Below are positions 1-9,831 of a stretch of 58,053 nt of DNA, piece by piece. This DNA comes from Coleofasciculus sp. B1-GNL1-01 (GTDB lineage: Bacteria; Cyanobacteriota; Cyanobacteriia; Cyanobacteriales; Coleofasciculaceae), in the NCBI GenBank assembly GCA_040220235.1, contig JAVJTO010000151.1; one strand, given 5' to 3'. The notes under the pieces were generated by a model that saw only the letters and a list, made by a program, of their open reading frames with translations, made no database searches and was not told the origin of the DNA. Both the position numbers and the translations under genes were made by a program. Numbering within the stretch: position 1 is the stretch's first letter; each line of letters opens with the position of its first letter.

Positions 1-1
1 A

Positions 2-133
2 TCTTTAGATAAAGAGTATATTCAAGTTTCTTCTTTTATTGGACGTGAACGCGCCAATCAGTTCAAGGAGTTTATTCAATCAGAATTTGTCAATGTAGAA
101 ATCGGTGAAGCAAGTATTATTGAGGCTCCATAA
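2..133 (+). CDS. 3' end of a CDS truncated by the window edge (hypothetical)
   Basis: Open frame from base 2 to TAA at 131-133: SLDKEYIQVSSFIGRERANQFKEFIQSEFVNVEIGEASIIEAP*. Confidence 0.5.
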   Translation, partial: SLDKEYIQVSSFIGRERANQFKEFIQSEFVNVEIGEASIIEAP

Positions 134-276
134 AGTGAATGGAAATCGCTGTACTCAACATCAAACTACAGGCTTTAAATTATGGCATGTCAAATAGTCC
201 TTGACTGATCATGTTGATGTAAAATTTTATTGAGAGACACAATACACGATTAATATATTGTAGTATCAGTTATGAA

Positions 277-930
277 TTAAGGACTTAAATAGTGTAAACT
301 TTCGACAATATTTATAAATTCACGTCGGTTTATTAAATTGCATTTTGTGTACTCATTTGCACTAGAAGAATTTACACTATAGACATATTTGCTATCAATA
401 ACTCCATGCCACATTTCGACTGTCATGTATGACGTTTCACTTTCTGTACTAAACTCTGTAATTTCAGCAACTACATTTCCTAAAGCTGGTGAAAAAACGT
501 CAATGTTCTCAAGAGCCATTGGTGAACCACCAGCTCCCTCAAGTTGCATAAAAATATCGAAACAAACTTGACTAGGATTAGAGTAAGTAATTACTACATC
601 GTATGCAACAGTATAACGATCATGCTTCCAATCTCGAATTGCAAAATCAGTAACTTCAAACCCACTAGGAACATAAGTCGGCAAAATTGCTTTAAATTTA
701 CCACGATGACTATCTTCTGATTGTAGACGTAGTAAATCTCTTATTTGAGAATCATTTAACCCTGAAAGTTCAGCAATCTCTTGGGTCGAGTAAACCTGCT
801 TATAAGATAGATTATCCTCAGAAAATTCTGGCGTTTTTCTATAATTTAAAACACCCTCAATTAGGTTACATCCTGACAAAAGCCAAACTAGATTCAGTTG
901 AAAAAGTAAGGCAAAAATCTTGACCTTCAT
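277..930 (-). CDS. Hypothetical lipoprotein
   Basis: 217 aa ORF; hydrophobic signal peptide ending in lipobox LLSG-C; starts 68 bp downstream of the caspase-STAND gene on the same strand. Confidence 0.75.
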   Translation of the reverse strand: MKVKIFALLFQLNLVWLLSGCNLIEGVLNYRKTPEFSEDNLSYKQVYSTQEIAELSGLNDSQIRDLLRLQSEDSHRGKFKAILPTYVPSGFEVTDFAIRDWKHDRYTVAYDVVITYSNPSQVCFDIFMQLEGAGGSPMALENIDVFSPALGNVVAEITEFSTESETSYMTVEMWHGVIDSKYVYSVNSSSANEYTKCNLINRREFINIVESLHYLSP

Positions 931-998
931 AATTCAGTAACCTTTTGAAATTGAAAATTTGATATGTTCTGCCTTTGCTTTCCCCGAAAAAACTCAAA

Positions 999-3900
999 TC
1001 ACTGCTGACAAAAATTCTTCAAAGCCAAAGTTTCAGAAGCCACAGCGAGATACCCTTCCAACCAGTCACACCCTACCACCAACAACTCATCCAAATTTAA
1101 GATTTTCCATAACCGCAAACTCCCCATATCTCCTCCCGCTAAAATAAATTGCCCATCAGCACTAAACGTCAGACCCCAAACAGCCCCTTGGTCATTGGTA
1201 AACTCAGCCACTTGTCGCCCCTGCAAATCCCACAATCGCACCGTGCCATCCATCCCTCCCGTAGCAACGTACAACCCATCGGGACGAAAACCCACTGCAT
1301 TAATCCCACTCTGATAGCTAAAAAACTCCAGTTGCTGCCGTCCTGACCTATCCCATACCCGCACCATACTATTGTTATCTGCCGTCACCAACTGACTACC
1401 ATCGGGACTAAAACTAATACTGCGGATTTGTCCCTCATGACCCTGCCATTCCTTCTGCAACTGACCGGATAGATTCCATAGCTTAATTGTTCCATCCCAG
1501 TCCGTACTCGCAATCCGTCGTCCATCAGGACTAAACGCCACCTTACCCACAACCGCTTCATGTCCCTCTAGAGTTACCAACAATTCACCAGAAACTGTCC
1601 AGAGTCGCGCTGTTTTGTCGGCTCCTGAAGTCACAATATATTGACCATCGGGACTAAACTCCACACTGTTCACCCAAGATTGATGACCTGTCAACTGTCC
1701 CAAGGAAGTGCCAGAACGATCCCATAGTCGTACCGTGTTTTCAAATCCCGCTGTGGCAATGATATTCGCATTGGGACTATGACTGATACTCCAGATTGCA
1801 CCGCGAGAATTAGCAGTCCATTGAGCCAATTCTTCTCCGGATAAACTCCAAACGCGGACAATTCCTTCATCCCCAGCACCAATTACTTCCTGTCCATCAG
1901 GACTAAAACTGACTGTATTAACATCTTCTTGATGACCCGGAAACTGTAAAGTTGCTGCTGTTGACAGATCCCAGAGTCTAGAACTGCCATCTCGTCCCGC
2001 ACTCATGAGATAGCGACCATCAGGGCTAAAATTAGCTCGCCAGACCGTCCCTCGATGACCTTGTAACCGGGCAATTTCTCGACCGGAACGTTCCCATAGT
2101 CGAACAGTTCCATCATCTCCTGCGGTTGCCAACTGCTCTCCATCGGGACTAAAATTCACCGCAATCACCCACCCTTGATGTCCCTCAATTTGCTGCACTT
2201 CTTCACCGGATAAAGTCCAGAGACGAACTGCTTCGTCGTCTCCTGTGGTTGCTAACTCCTGACCATCGGGGCTAAAACTAACATTAAAAACCCGTTGTGG
2301 ATGAGCTTGAAACTGGACAATTTCTTGACCGGAAGTTTCCCATAAGCGAACCTTACCATCTTTTCCAGCAGTTGCTAAGGTCTGACCATCAGGACTAAAA
2401 GTAATTTGGTTCACGCCACCAGGATGTTCAAATTCTGCCTTTTTCTCTCCCGACTGATTCCACAAAACCACGACACCATAATCATCTCCAGAGGCAAAAG
2501 TCTCTCCATCAGGACTAAACGCCACGGTATTAACAACAGTTTGATGTTCCATCTGCATCAGTTGTTGACCGGAACTCTCCCAGAGGCGAACGGTTTCATC
2601 TCCCCCAGCACTGACGATTCGCTGGCTATTGGGGCTAAAACTGATGTCATTGATTCCACCTAGCACCCCCTGTTTATGTCCCCGGAGTTCAACGGCTTCT
2701 GTGGTTCCTGATAGTCCCCAAATTCTAATCACTCCATCTCGTCCGGCTGTAGCAACGGCTTGTCCATCAGGACTAAAGGTGGCGGCTTTCACTTCATCTC
2801 CCCCACGATCAAAGCGGTTGCGCTCATAAATCGTATCGAGAATTTTCTGCAATGCTAAGATCGGACTGGCGGCTGGATAATCTTGGGGAGGACGACCATT
2901 TTTAACCAGTTCTTGCAATCGTTGACCGCTTTGCATGGCGGAAAGGAGTGCTTCTAATTCTCCCGATCGCAATTGTCGCAAGGCACTCACCCCCGCTTGT
3001 TCTAGCTTAGTTCCTTCTTCCGCTTCCCGTTGCTGATAACGAGCGATCGTGGCAGTTCCTAAAAATGCAACAGTTAAAATTAAACTCCCCCCCAAAAAGA
3101 TTGAACCAATTTTAATCCTGCGTTTGGCTTTCTGGTTTGCAGATTCAAGAATTAGTTTTTCTTTCTGAGCCGTTTCTTTTTCCTGAATTTCTCTTTCTAA
3201 AGTAAGTTGAGCTTGCATTTCCTCCAACCTAGCCTGAGTCTCAGCCTCCTGGCTCAATTGAATTAGCTCCACAGCAATTGGAGAAAGCTCTGCCGGATTC
3301 TCCTTCCAAAAATCTTGGGCAACAGCTAAACGACTCCCCGCTAATAAATCACCGCGTTGCCGAGATTTTCCACCCTCAAACCATTCCCTAACTTGAAGCT
3401 CAATTTGTCGCTTCCGACGCAGCATCTCTCGATTTTCTTCCAGCCAGTTTTTGAGTTGTGGCCAGTGACGAATTAAGGACTCATGTGCAACATCAATAAC
3501 GGTTAGAGCGTTATGATCTGCTTGACCTCTAGCCTGTAATTCATCAGTAACTACTAAGCGAACCCTCACTAATTTTTGCAGAATATTATCAATAGTTTTT
3601 TCACTATACTCTGTAGTAACTAACTCAGTTTTGAGTACACGGCGGCGAGTGTCTTCTGTCCCCTCTCCTAACTGAGTTAGCTCCAAGAAAATTCGCTTGG
3701 CAATTTTCTGTTCTGTTTCCGACAAAGATTCAAAAAATAAATTAGCTTGCTTTTGTAATGCTCCTTTAACCCCTCCTAAGCGGTTATATTCAGCTAAGGT
3801 TAATCGAGTCACCGTTTTTTGATACCAAAGCTCTGTCAAAGTATATTGCAAAAGTGGCAAGCTACCCGGAGAACCTTGAACATCGTCAACCATTTGCTCA

Positions 3901-5375
3901 ACTAATCCTCTTTCTACCTCTAATCCAACTTTTTGTGCTGGCTTTATAATAGATTCTTCTAACTCATAAGCTGTTAAAGTAGGAACTAAATACTGATTTT
4001 GGTTAATGTATTCAGTCAAGCCAAAATATTCATTCTCCGCGCATTTTCCTAAAAAATCTGCTCTCATTACTAAAATCAGACAAAGTTTACCTTCGGCTGC
4101 TTCTAAAGCCCCTAATAGGCATTCAAAAAACCGCTGCCTTTCTGAATCATCCGGGCAGAGAGTAAAAATTTCTTCAAATTGGTCAATCACCAAAACTACG
4201 CGAGGAGCTTGAGTGGCTTCAACTAATCGCTTTAATCCTTCTTTTCCGGCTAAAATCAACTCTTCAGCCTTTTTTAGCTGACTGGCTCTTTCAATAGGGG
4301 ATAAATTGATTTCCGCATCAACAAAGACTTTAGCTAATTTTTGCAGTGGGGTTTTATCTTGTTCTCCAGGAGTAAATGGAGGATAAATTTTCCACAAATC
4401 ACTTCCTGATGAGTTTTGTCCCAGTTTTAGCTTATACAGTAGTCCAGCTCTAACTAAAGAAGACTTCCCACATCCCGATGGTCCCAAAACCGCCAAAAAA
4501 TTGCTATTTTTAACTTTCTCAATTAATTCATCTATTCTCTCTGTGCGTCCATAAAAATACTCAGCGTCCTCGTCGTTAAAATCAAAATACCTCAGACCCC
4601 TATAAGGACAAATGCCTTCTCGAATTGGACTGACTTGTTCGATATTGCGAGTAGTGAGAATAATGGGATCACCTGAATTGCTATGAATCGGTGCTTGGGG
4701 AATCCCTCTCACCTTTTCCTTAATAAAATCAACTAAGGTATGATTGGTAATTACACCTTCAGTATTCTCCCTAGGCTCAAGTCCTTCTAACAAAAATTGA
4801 GTCAATACTCCATGCTTTCCACCCAAAGACTCATAAGCCAATTCAAAAGGACGACAGGCAGCAATAAAACATCTATCTCTTCCCTGTCCTAAGTTTCCCG
4901 GATCTGCCTCGTCAAAATTATGTAATTCCCCACTGTGACAGCAATCTAACCAAATAATTTGCTGTTTAACCAAACTTTTTTGGAGTAATCGCCTTAACCA
5001 TTGCAGGGAGACTCCCCAGATTTCTTCTTCCGGATTGCAGTCGCTAGTGGCAAGGAAACCTTCTGTTATGCCCCCACGAACTTTGCGTAAGCCATGACCA
5101 GCAAAAAATAACAGTGCCGTTTCTGGCACTTGAGCATCATCCCCATCAGGATTAAAGAGCGTCGCGATCGCCTCTTCGACTTGCTTACAGCGGACTTCTG
5201 CCCCTTTATGCACCCGCAATCGACCTTCCCGGTTAACTTCGGGCAATCGTCGCACCCGGAAACCTCCATGTTGTTCCAGAAGTTGGGCGATCGCCTCCGC
5301 ATCCTGAGCCGGTTTGGATAAGTTAGGCAGTTCTGGGTAGCTATTAATCCCTATGACCAGGGCATCACGAGTCAT
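999..5375 (-). CDS. Caspase (peptidase C14) + STAND (nSTAND1-like) NTPase + TM helix + WD40 repeat protein
   Basis: ALVIGINSY start; catalytic dyad FAGHG and LDCCHSG; CPYRGL; Walker A GPSGCGKSS; Walker B LVIDQFEE; DVAHESLIRHWPQL; one TM segment; about 14 GH..WD / FSPDG repeats. Confidence 0.93.
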   Translation of the reverse strand: MTRDALVIGINSYPELPNLSKPAQDAEAIAQLLEQHGGFRVRRLPEVNREGRLRVHKGAEVRCKQVEEAIATLFNPDGDDAQVPETALLFFAGHGLRKVRGGITEGFLATSDCNPEEEIWGVSLQWLRRLLQKSLVKQQIIWLDCCHSGELHNFDEADPGNLGQGRDRCFIAACRPFELAYESLGGKHGVLTQFLLEGLEPRENTEGVITNHTLVDFIKEKVRGIPQAPIHSNSGDPIILTTRNIEQVSPIREGICPYRGLRYFDFNDEDAEYFYGRTERIDELIEKVKNSNFLAVLGPSGCGKSSLVRAGLLYKLKLGQNSSGSDLWKIYPPFTPGEQDKTPLQKLAKVFVDAEINLSPIERASQLKKAEELILAGKEGLKRLVEATQAPRVVLVIDQFEEIFTLCPDDSERQRFFECLLGALEAAEGKLCLILVMRADFLGKCAENEYFGLTEYINQNQYLVPTLTAYELEESIIKPAQKVGLEVERGLVEQMVDDVQGSPGSLPLLQYTLTELWYQKTVTRLTLAEYNRLGGVKGALQKQANLFFESLSETEQKIAKRIFLELTQLGEGTEDTRRRVLKTELVTTEYSEKTIDNILQKLVRVRLVVTDELQARGQADHNALTVIDVAHESLIRHWPQLKNWLEENREMLRRKRQIELQVREWFEGGKSRQRGDLLAGSRLAVAQDFWKENPAELSPIAVELIQLSQEAETQARLEEMQAQLTLEREIQEKETAQKEKLILESANQKAKRRIKIGSIFLGGSLILTVAFLGTATIARYQQREAEEGTKLEQAGVSALRQLRSGELEALLSAMQSGQRLQELVKNGRPPQDYPAASPILALQKILDTIYERNRFDRGGDEVKAATFSPDGQAVATAGRDGVIRIWGLSGTTEAVELRGHKQGVLGGINDISFSPNSQRIVSAGGDETVRLWESSGQQLMQMEHQTVVNTVAFSPDGETFASGDDYGVVVLWNQSGEKKAEFEHPGGVNQITFSPDGQTLATAGKDGKVRLWETSGQEIVQFQAHPQRVFNVSFSPDGQELATTGDDEAVRLWTLSGEEVQQIEGHQGWVIAVNFSPDGEQLATAGDDGTVRLWERSGREIARLQGHRGTVWRANFSPDGRYLMSAGRDGSSRLWDLSTAATLQFPGHQEDVNTVSFSPDGQEVIGAGDEGIVRVWSLSGEELAQWTANSRGAIWSISHSPNANIIATAGFENTVRLWDRSGTSLGQLTGHQSWVNSVEFSPDGQYIVTSGADKTARLWTVSGELLVTLEGHEAVVGKVAFSPDGRRIASTDWDGTIKLWNLSGQLQKEWQGHEGQIRSISFSPDGSQLVTADNNSMVRVWDRSGRQQLEFFSYQSGINAVGFRPDGLYVATGGMDGTVRLWDLQGRQVAEFTNDQGAVWGLTFSADGQFILAGGDMGSLRLWKILNLDELLVVGCDWLEGYLAVASETLALKNFCQQ

Positions 5376-5520
5376 GGACTGACCTACATCTTTAACGGAG
5401 TAATTTTACGGTAACATAGTTCTAATAGCCTAGCTGTTTTGGACTCTAAATCTAAAATTTATCTATCTAAAACTGCACGACAATGACTCCCCCGACCCCC
5501 TTTCTCTCAGCTTAGGATTT

Positions 5521-5982
5521 ATGGCTACCACCGTTAATCAATCGTTACTGGCGATTCTCGTGGCTCTTGAAAATTCAGATCAGTGTCTAACTGAGGAGCA
5601 ACAGCAAGCCTTGCATCAAATGGGTCAACGGTTAGGAACCAAACCCCAAAAGTGGTCATCTCACCTTGAAAAGCTCTTGACAGTCTTTCCTGAAGAGTCA
5701 GATTTTCTGAAGTCTTATCATCAAGCCTCTCAAGCTTTAGGGCAGTTGTCGTCGGAAGAGATCCCTAATATTTTACCCGATGAACAAGAGGTTAAGCAAA
5801 TTTTTCCTGATGCACCAGTTGTGAAGCGAGCCTACTTTGAGGGTAAAGCGGATCAGAGCAGTCAAGAAATCTGTAACTTTGTCAGTAGCGTTGTCAAAAG
5901 TCCCAACCCAGCCGAAACCAGTCAAAAATTAAGTCTGGCTCTGCGTCTGGCGGAATATCTAAAATCTCTCGGTCGCTCATGA
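5521..5982 (+). CDS. Small helical hypothetical protein (possible CATASP-like partner)
   Basis: 153 aa ORF divergent from the caspase gene; ATGA overlap with the next gene. Confidence 0.7.
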   Translation: MATTVNQSLLAILVALENSDQCLTEEQQQALHQMGQRLGTKPQKWSSHLEKLLTVFPEESDFLKSYHQASQALGQLSSEEIPNILPDEQEVKQIFPDAPVVKRAYFEGKADQSSQEICNFVSSVVKSPNPAETSQKLSLALRLAEYLKSLGRS

Positions 5983-7520
5983 GTCAACTCATCTATCCTA
6001 ATCTCTTTTGTTTTGTTTATGATATCAAAGAAGGATTAGGGTTTAACAATGAAGAGTTAAGGGATGCCCAAGCAAACTTTGCTCGCCGTCTTCCCCATCT
6101 CTCTTATGTTTTTAAAAATGATCACAGCTTTGAAACGGAGTATCATGAACTTTTACCGACAAAAATTGACAAGTTCACAGACCACGAAGATGGCTATACA
6201 GGATATTACTACCCTGTCCGTTTAAATGACACCTATGGACTCTTAGTTGCCTGTTCTCCTCCTGAAAATTATCACATCTATTCTGCTAATCAAGTCATTG
6301 CTAATCTCAAAAAAAAAATTGATGACAAGCTGGCGGATCAGCCGGGGACGTTAGGAACTACTTGGTTAATCTTAGCTCATCTCCCTGAAAACTATCATAA
6401 AGATCGGTCTAAAGTTGCTCAGGACTGCTATCAAGCCTTAATGGAAAATTCCGACCCTCAGACCCCCGCTGATTGGGAAACTGACTTAGTAGGTCAAGGA
6501 AAATTTTTAGGGGGGACTCTTTTTGAATTATCCCAATATTACATCCGTCCAAACTTGAAATATAGAAGTCATAGGAAAGGCTCTAATTTTTCAAATTATA
6601 ATTCGACTTATTTGGCTGAACTACAGGTATCTAATCATGTTTTGATTGAGTTATGTCCGAATCATTCAGCCGCTAAGATAGCCTCTCGCTTCAATTTTGA
6701 TTGGATAAGATTATTTTGTTATCGACATAAAATTTTGTTTGCTTATACTCAGAGTCGCTTTATTAAACAGGACTTGAAAGAGGGTTATAGAACTATTAAA
6801 GAGTTTATGAGATTGTTTCAAAAAGAGCGCCAGAGCAACCCGAGTCTTAGACAATTAAAAAATCAATTATTACAAGCACAATATAGTTTATATCACTATT
6901 CTATTGACTTAAATCAATTGGCTGATCAGATTCGGACAATGGAAGTTAACTTATTAAATTATGAGAGACGAGTTAAGGTTATTCAGGAGAAAGCCAGGAA
7001 AGAAACCCAGGAAAAAGCTATCTCAGATTATGATTACTTAACTTTATGGGGATGGAATTTAAGGTCTTTAGATTGGCAGTCACTTCCTAACTCAATTCTT
7101 GACTTTTTATCTCCTCATGATTTTACTTTTTTGGATAAGTTTAGGCAAGATTTTAGTAACAAATATATGTTACAAGTAGAAAAAGACTATGAGGGATTAA
7201 GTCCTGGCTTGATTCTATTGGAGGAATTAATTAATTCGATTTATGGAATCACAAATTTGGATCAGGCACAGCGCGATCGCACGTTCCAAAATACTGTCGC
7301 AATTGTCGGCGTAGGGCTAGCCGCAGGTTCTATGGTTGTGTCTCTGAATAAATTAGGCGAGGGAAAAAATGATCCAGTTCGGTCTGTCCTCACCCATTCC
7401 CTAAAAATCCAACCACCCTGGTTAGAACCAGCTATTCCTTTAGTATACAGCCTCAGTACCGCTATTTTAGCCGCCCTACTCACTTGGTTGGTGATTCGGT
7501 TAAAAGAGCGATCGCGCTAA
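5979..7520 (+). CDS. Hypothetical membrane protein with coiled coil and two C-terminal TM helices (CATRA/CorA-like architecture)
   Basis: 513 aa; globular N-terminus, long helical coiled-coil region, then hydrophobic segments TVAIVGVGLAAGSMVV and IPLVYSLSTAILAALLTWLVI. Confidence 0.7.
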   Translation: MSQLIYPNLFCFVYDIKEGLGFNNEELRDAQANFARRLPHLSYVFKNDHSFETEYHELLPTKIDKFTDHEDGYTGYYYPVRLNDTYGLLVACSPPENYHIYSANQVIANLKKKIDDKLADQPGTLGTTWLILAHLPENYHKDRSKVAQDCYQALMENSDPQTPADWETDLVGQGKFLGGTLFELSQYYIRPNLKYRSHRKGSNFSNYNSTYLAELQVSNHVLIELCPNHSAAKIASRFNFDWIRLFCYRHKILFAYTQSRFIKQDLKEGYRTIKEFMRLFQKERQSNPSLRQLKNQLLQAQYSLYHYSIDLNQLADQIRTMEVNLLNYERRVKVIQEKARKETQEKAISDYDYLTLWGWNLRSLDWQSLPNSILDFLSPHDFTFLDKFRQDFSNKYMLQVEKDYEGLSPGLILLEELINSIYGITNLDQAQRDRTFQNTVAIVGVGLAAGSMVVSLNKLGEGKNDPVRSVLTHSLKIQPPWLEPAIPLVYSLSTAILAALLTWLVIRLKERSR

Positions 7521-7591
7521 AGCTGATGTACTCCAATCCTTTTACCCATAGCAACTTACCACTGGACTTTAGACTAAATTTTTGTCAGGAA

Positions 7592-8524
7592 CTAGGTTAA
7601 CTTCTGTTGATTAATCCAATCGCCGACAACCGAGACAAAAGCAGCCGTTGACTCATAAGGTAAAACATTTCTACCCGCAATTGTATACCCCTGACCTTGG
7701 GGAAAATGCTTGACATAGTAATCTAATCGTTGTTCGGGTGTTTCCGTTTTCCCCTCGCGACTAATACTGCTAGCTTGTTCTCCGAAAACCACTAACGTCG
7801 GTTGTTGAATGGAAGCAATAACCTGTTGATAGTCTTGTCGCCAGAACCCAGATAGGAACGAAAAAACAGCATGGCGACTAGCGGTATCAGTAGCACCTTT
7901 TCTGAGACTATCTAACCATTGCTCATCAATATCGTCTGGTTCAGCAAATAACTGCTTCGAGGAAAACGAACGTAAAAATTGACGGCGACGGGCGTAGCGA
8001 TAGAATAGACGACCAAACGGCGAATCAAATAGATTCCAGGCAAATTTATGCTTCAAAGCAGATGTTTCCTGGGTCATTACAGCCCAAGACGGTGGACCCG
8101 ATAATACCAATCCTTTCAGATGATTAGATGTATCTGGCAACTGGACGAGAGAAAGGGCTACGGGTAATTCTGCACCTTGCACCACCACAATAGCGGGTTT
8201 TTTGACAATAGTCTGTAAAAAATAATTTAACTGCTGCGCCCAATCCGTAGGATGATAAGCAACATGGGGCATATCACTGTCACCACATCCGAGTAAGTCA
8301 GGATTATAGATGGGTTGAGAATATCCCGCTTGATACCACTGTTGGCAAAAACGATACCAAAACCAACGGGATAATCCGACGCCAATCGGATGCAGTAACA
8401 CCAATGGTGTATCGCTAGCCTGATTCGGCTGATAATAGTCGTAAGCACAACGATAATTACGCCAACTGTAAAACTCAGTTGTTGCTGACGGGATGGGGAA
8501 GTTGGAAGTAATCGTCATAAACAC
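7592..8524 (-). CDS. Alpha/beta fold hydrolase-like protein
   Basis: PLVLLHPIGVG, PDLLGCGDSD and PTLVVFG motifs; nucleophile elbow is atypical (VVQGA). Confidence 0.85.
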   Translation of the reverse strand: MFMTITSNFPIPSATTEFYSWRNYRCAYDYYQPNQASDTPLVLLHPIGVGLSRWFWYRFCQQWYQAGYSQPIYNPDLLGCGDSDMPHVAYHPTDWAQQLNYFLQTIVKKPAIVVVQGAELPVALSLVQLPDTSNHLKGLVLSGPPSWAVMTQETSALKHKFAWNLFDSPFGRLFYRYARRRQFLRSFSSKQLFAEPDDIDEQWLDSLRKGATDTASRHAVFSFLSGFWRQDYQQVIASIQQPTLVVFGEQASSISREGKTETPEQRLDYYVKHFPQGQGYTIAGRNVLPYESTAAFVSVVGDWINQQKLT

Positions 8525-8549
8525 TCAACAGTCAAAAGCAATAAATTCT

Positions 8550-8612
8550 GTAGGGGCGGGTTTAGCCACTAAAAGGACTTGTCATCAATAAATGAACAAC
8601 AAAACCCGCCCT
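8550..8612 (+). repeat. GTAG-family REP doublet (GTAGGGGCGGGTTT...AAAACCCGCCCT), 63 bp
   Basis: Inverted arms around a spacer; sister copies at 12399, 14420 and 31439; extra arm at about 8636. Confidence 0.8.
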
Positions 8613-8700
8613 AACTTATTGATAACATATCAACAAAACCCGCCCTGATTCAATTGTCGGGGTGTGACACAGTTCGTAGTAAGGGCTTTAGCCTTTGATT

Positions 8701-8722
8701 GGGTTGAGCGAAGTCGAAACCC
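8701..8722 (+). repeat. Small dispersed repeat with GAGCGAAGTCGA core in a short stem (SDR5-like)
   Basis: gggtt-gagcgaagtcga-aaccc; related cores at 43957-43978 and 50520-50571. Confidence 0.6.
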
Positions 8723-8773
8723 AACCTACAACCTCTACTATTAAGGACAAATGACATAAGACGAATGACTCAA

Positions 8774-9436
8774 TCAGAGACGATACTGCCGAATCTTTTG
8801 TTGATTCGTTTCACCAGTCTGTACCCAAAGACTAATCGGAACGGCATTTCCCCAAGCATCAACTTTAACTTCCATAACAATAGGCGGAATTTGTTGGGTT
8901 TGTTCAGGATTGGCAAGTCTTGCTGCCCGCAGATCATCATTAATCTGATTCCGTTCTGCTTCAGGCATAGTATAATTTTCGAGTCCATACTCAATTAATC
9001 CCCGTTGTGCAATTCCTCTCAAAACAACCTGATTGTTGTTGAGATTGGTAGGATGTTTGAGACTAAGAGAAATAGGTTCCCACGGTTGTGGTAGTCCAGG
9101 CAACCTGAGTGAAATCGGTTCTGCTAAAATTACATAAAACTGAGTTCCTGGCTTGATAAACATTACGGTGTTGTCATCACTTTGTTGTTTAGGTAAATTG
9201 TTCCAACCTGGTAAACCACGCAATTGCTCTTGACTAGAAATGTCATATCTCATAGTCTGAGAGTAGCCTCGCAATAGATTGTAGGGTTCTAAGGGGGCTG
9301 TTTGCAAAATGATAATTTTACCTGTGATATGAGTGTAAATCGCTTGGGCAGGAACTGACAAAATTAACACAGTCTGGAATAATAGAGTCAAACCAAATCG
9401 TCGGAAAGGAATAGAAGGGGTCGTGTTATTTGTCAT
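8774..9436 (-). CDS. GDYXXLXY-domain membrane-anchored protein
   Basis: N-terminal TM; LQTAPLEPYNLLRGYSQTMRYDIS motif; YGLENY. Confidence 0.85.
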   Translation of the reverse strand: MTNNTTPSIPFRRFGLTLLFQTVLILSVPAQAIYTHITGKIIILQTAPLEPYNLLRGYSQTMRYDISSQEQLRGLPGWNNLPKQQSDDNTVMFIKPGTQFYVILAEPISLRLPGLPQPWEPISLSLKHPTNLNNNQVVLRGIAQRGLIEYGLENYTMPEAERNQINDDLRAARLANPEQTQQIPPIVMEVKVDAWGNAVPISLWVQTGETNQQKIRQYRL

Positions 9437-9831
9437 TTGAAATAATCATTTACTACACTGTGTTAGAAAGTCTGTACAAATATTTTAATACGGTTCTGAG
9501 ATTACTCGCTTTTATTGTACTACAAAAAACTACTTCAACTTGAAGTGCGGAATGTGAGTATTGTTCGCTATGGCTCTGATGATGTACTTAACCCTGCACC
9601 AGAAGAGTCTAAGGTATTCAAAATCGTTGATGAAGCGGATATAGGATAAGAGTAGCTCAATCATGCTTGACAAAAGGAAGTGAGACCAGTAATCATAAAA
9701 TTAAAAAATTTGTGGTTTTTGGTGCTTACTGTGCGAAATTGTAGTTGAAGACATAATTGTCTTCCTGTCAACACTCAAGTTATGTAAATAATTTAAAAAT
9801 CAAAACTAAAAACAATTGATTTATTAAAAAA

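Noticed and set aside
999..3000. Diversity-generating retroelement or DNA-level repeat array in the WD40 region
   Set aside because: Similarity is ordinary WD40 coding periodicity; there is no reverse transcriptase and no adenine-specific TR/VR pair was seen.
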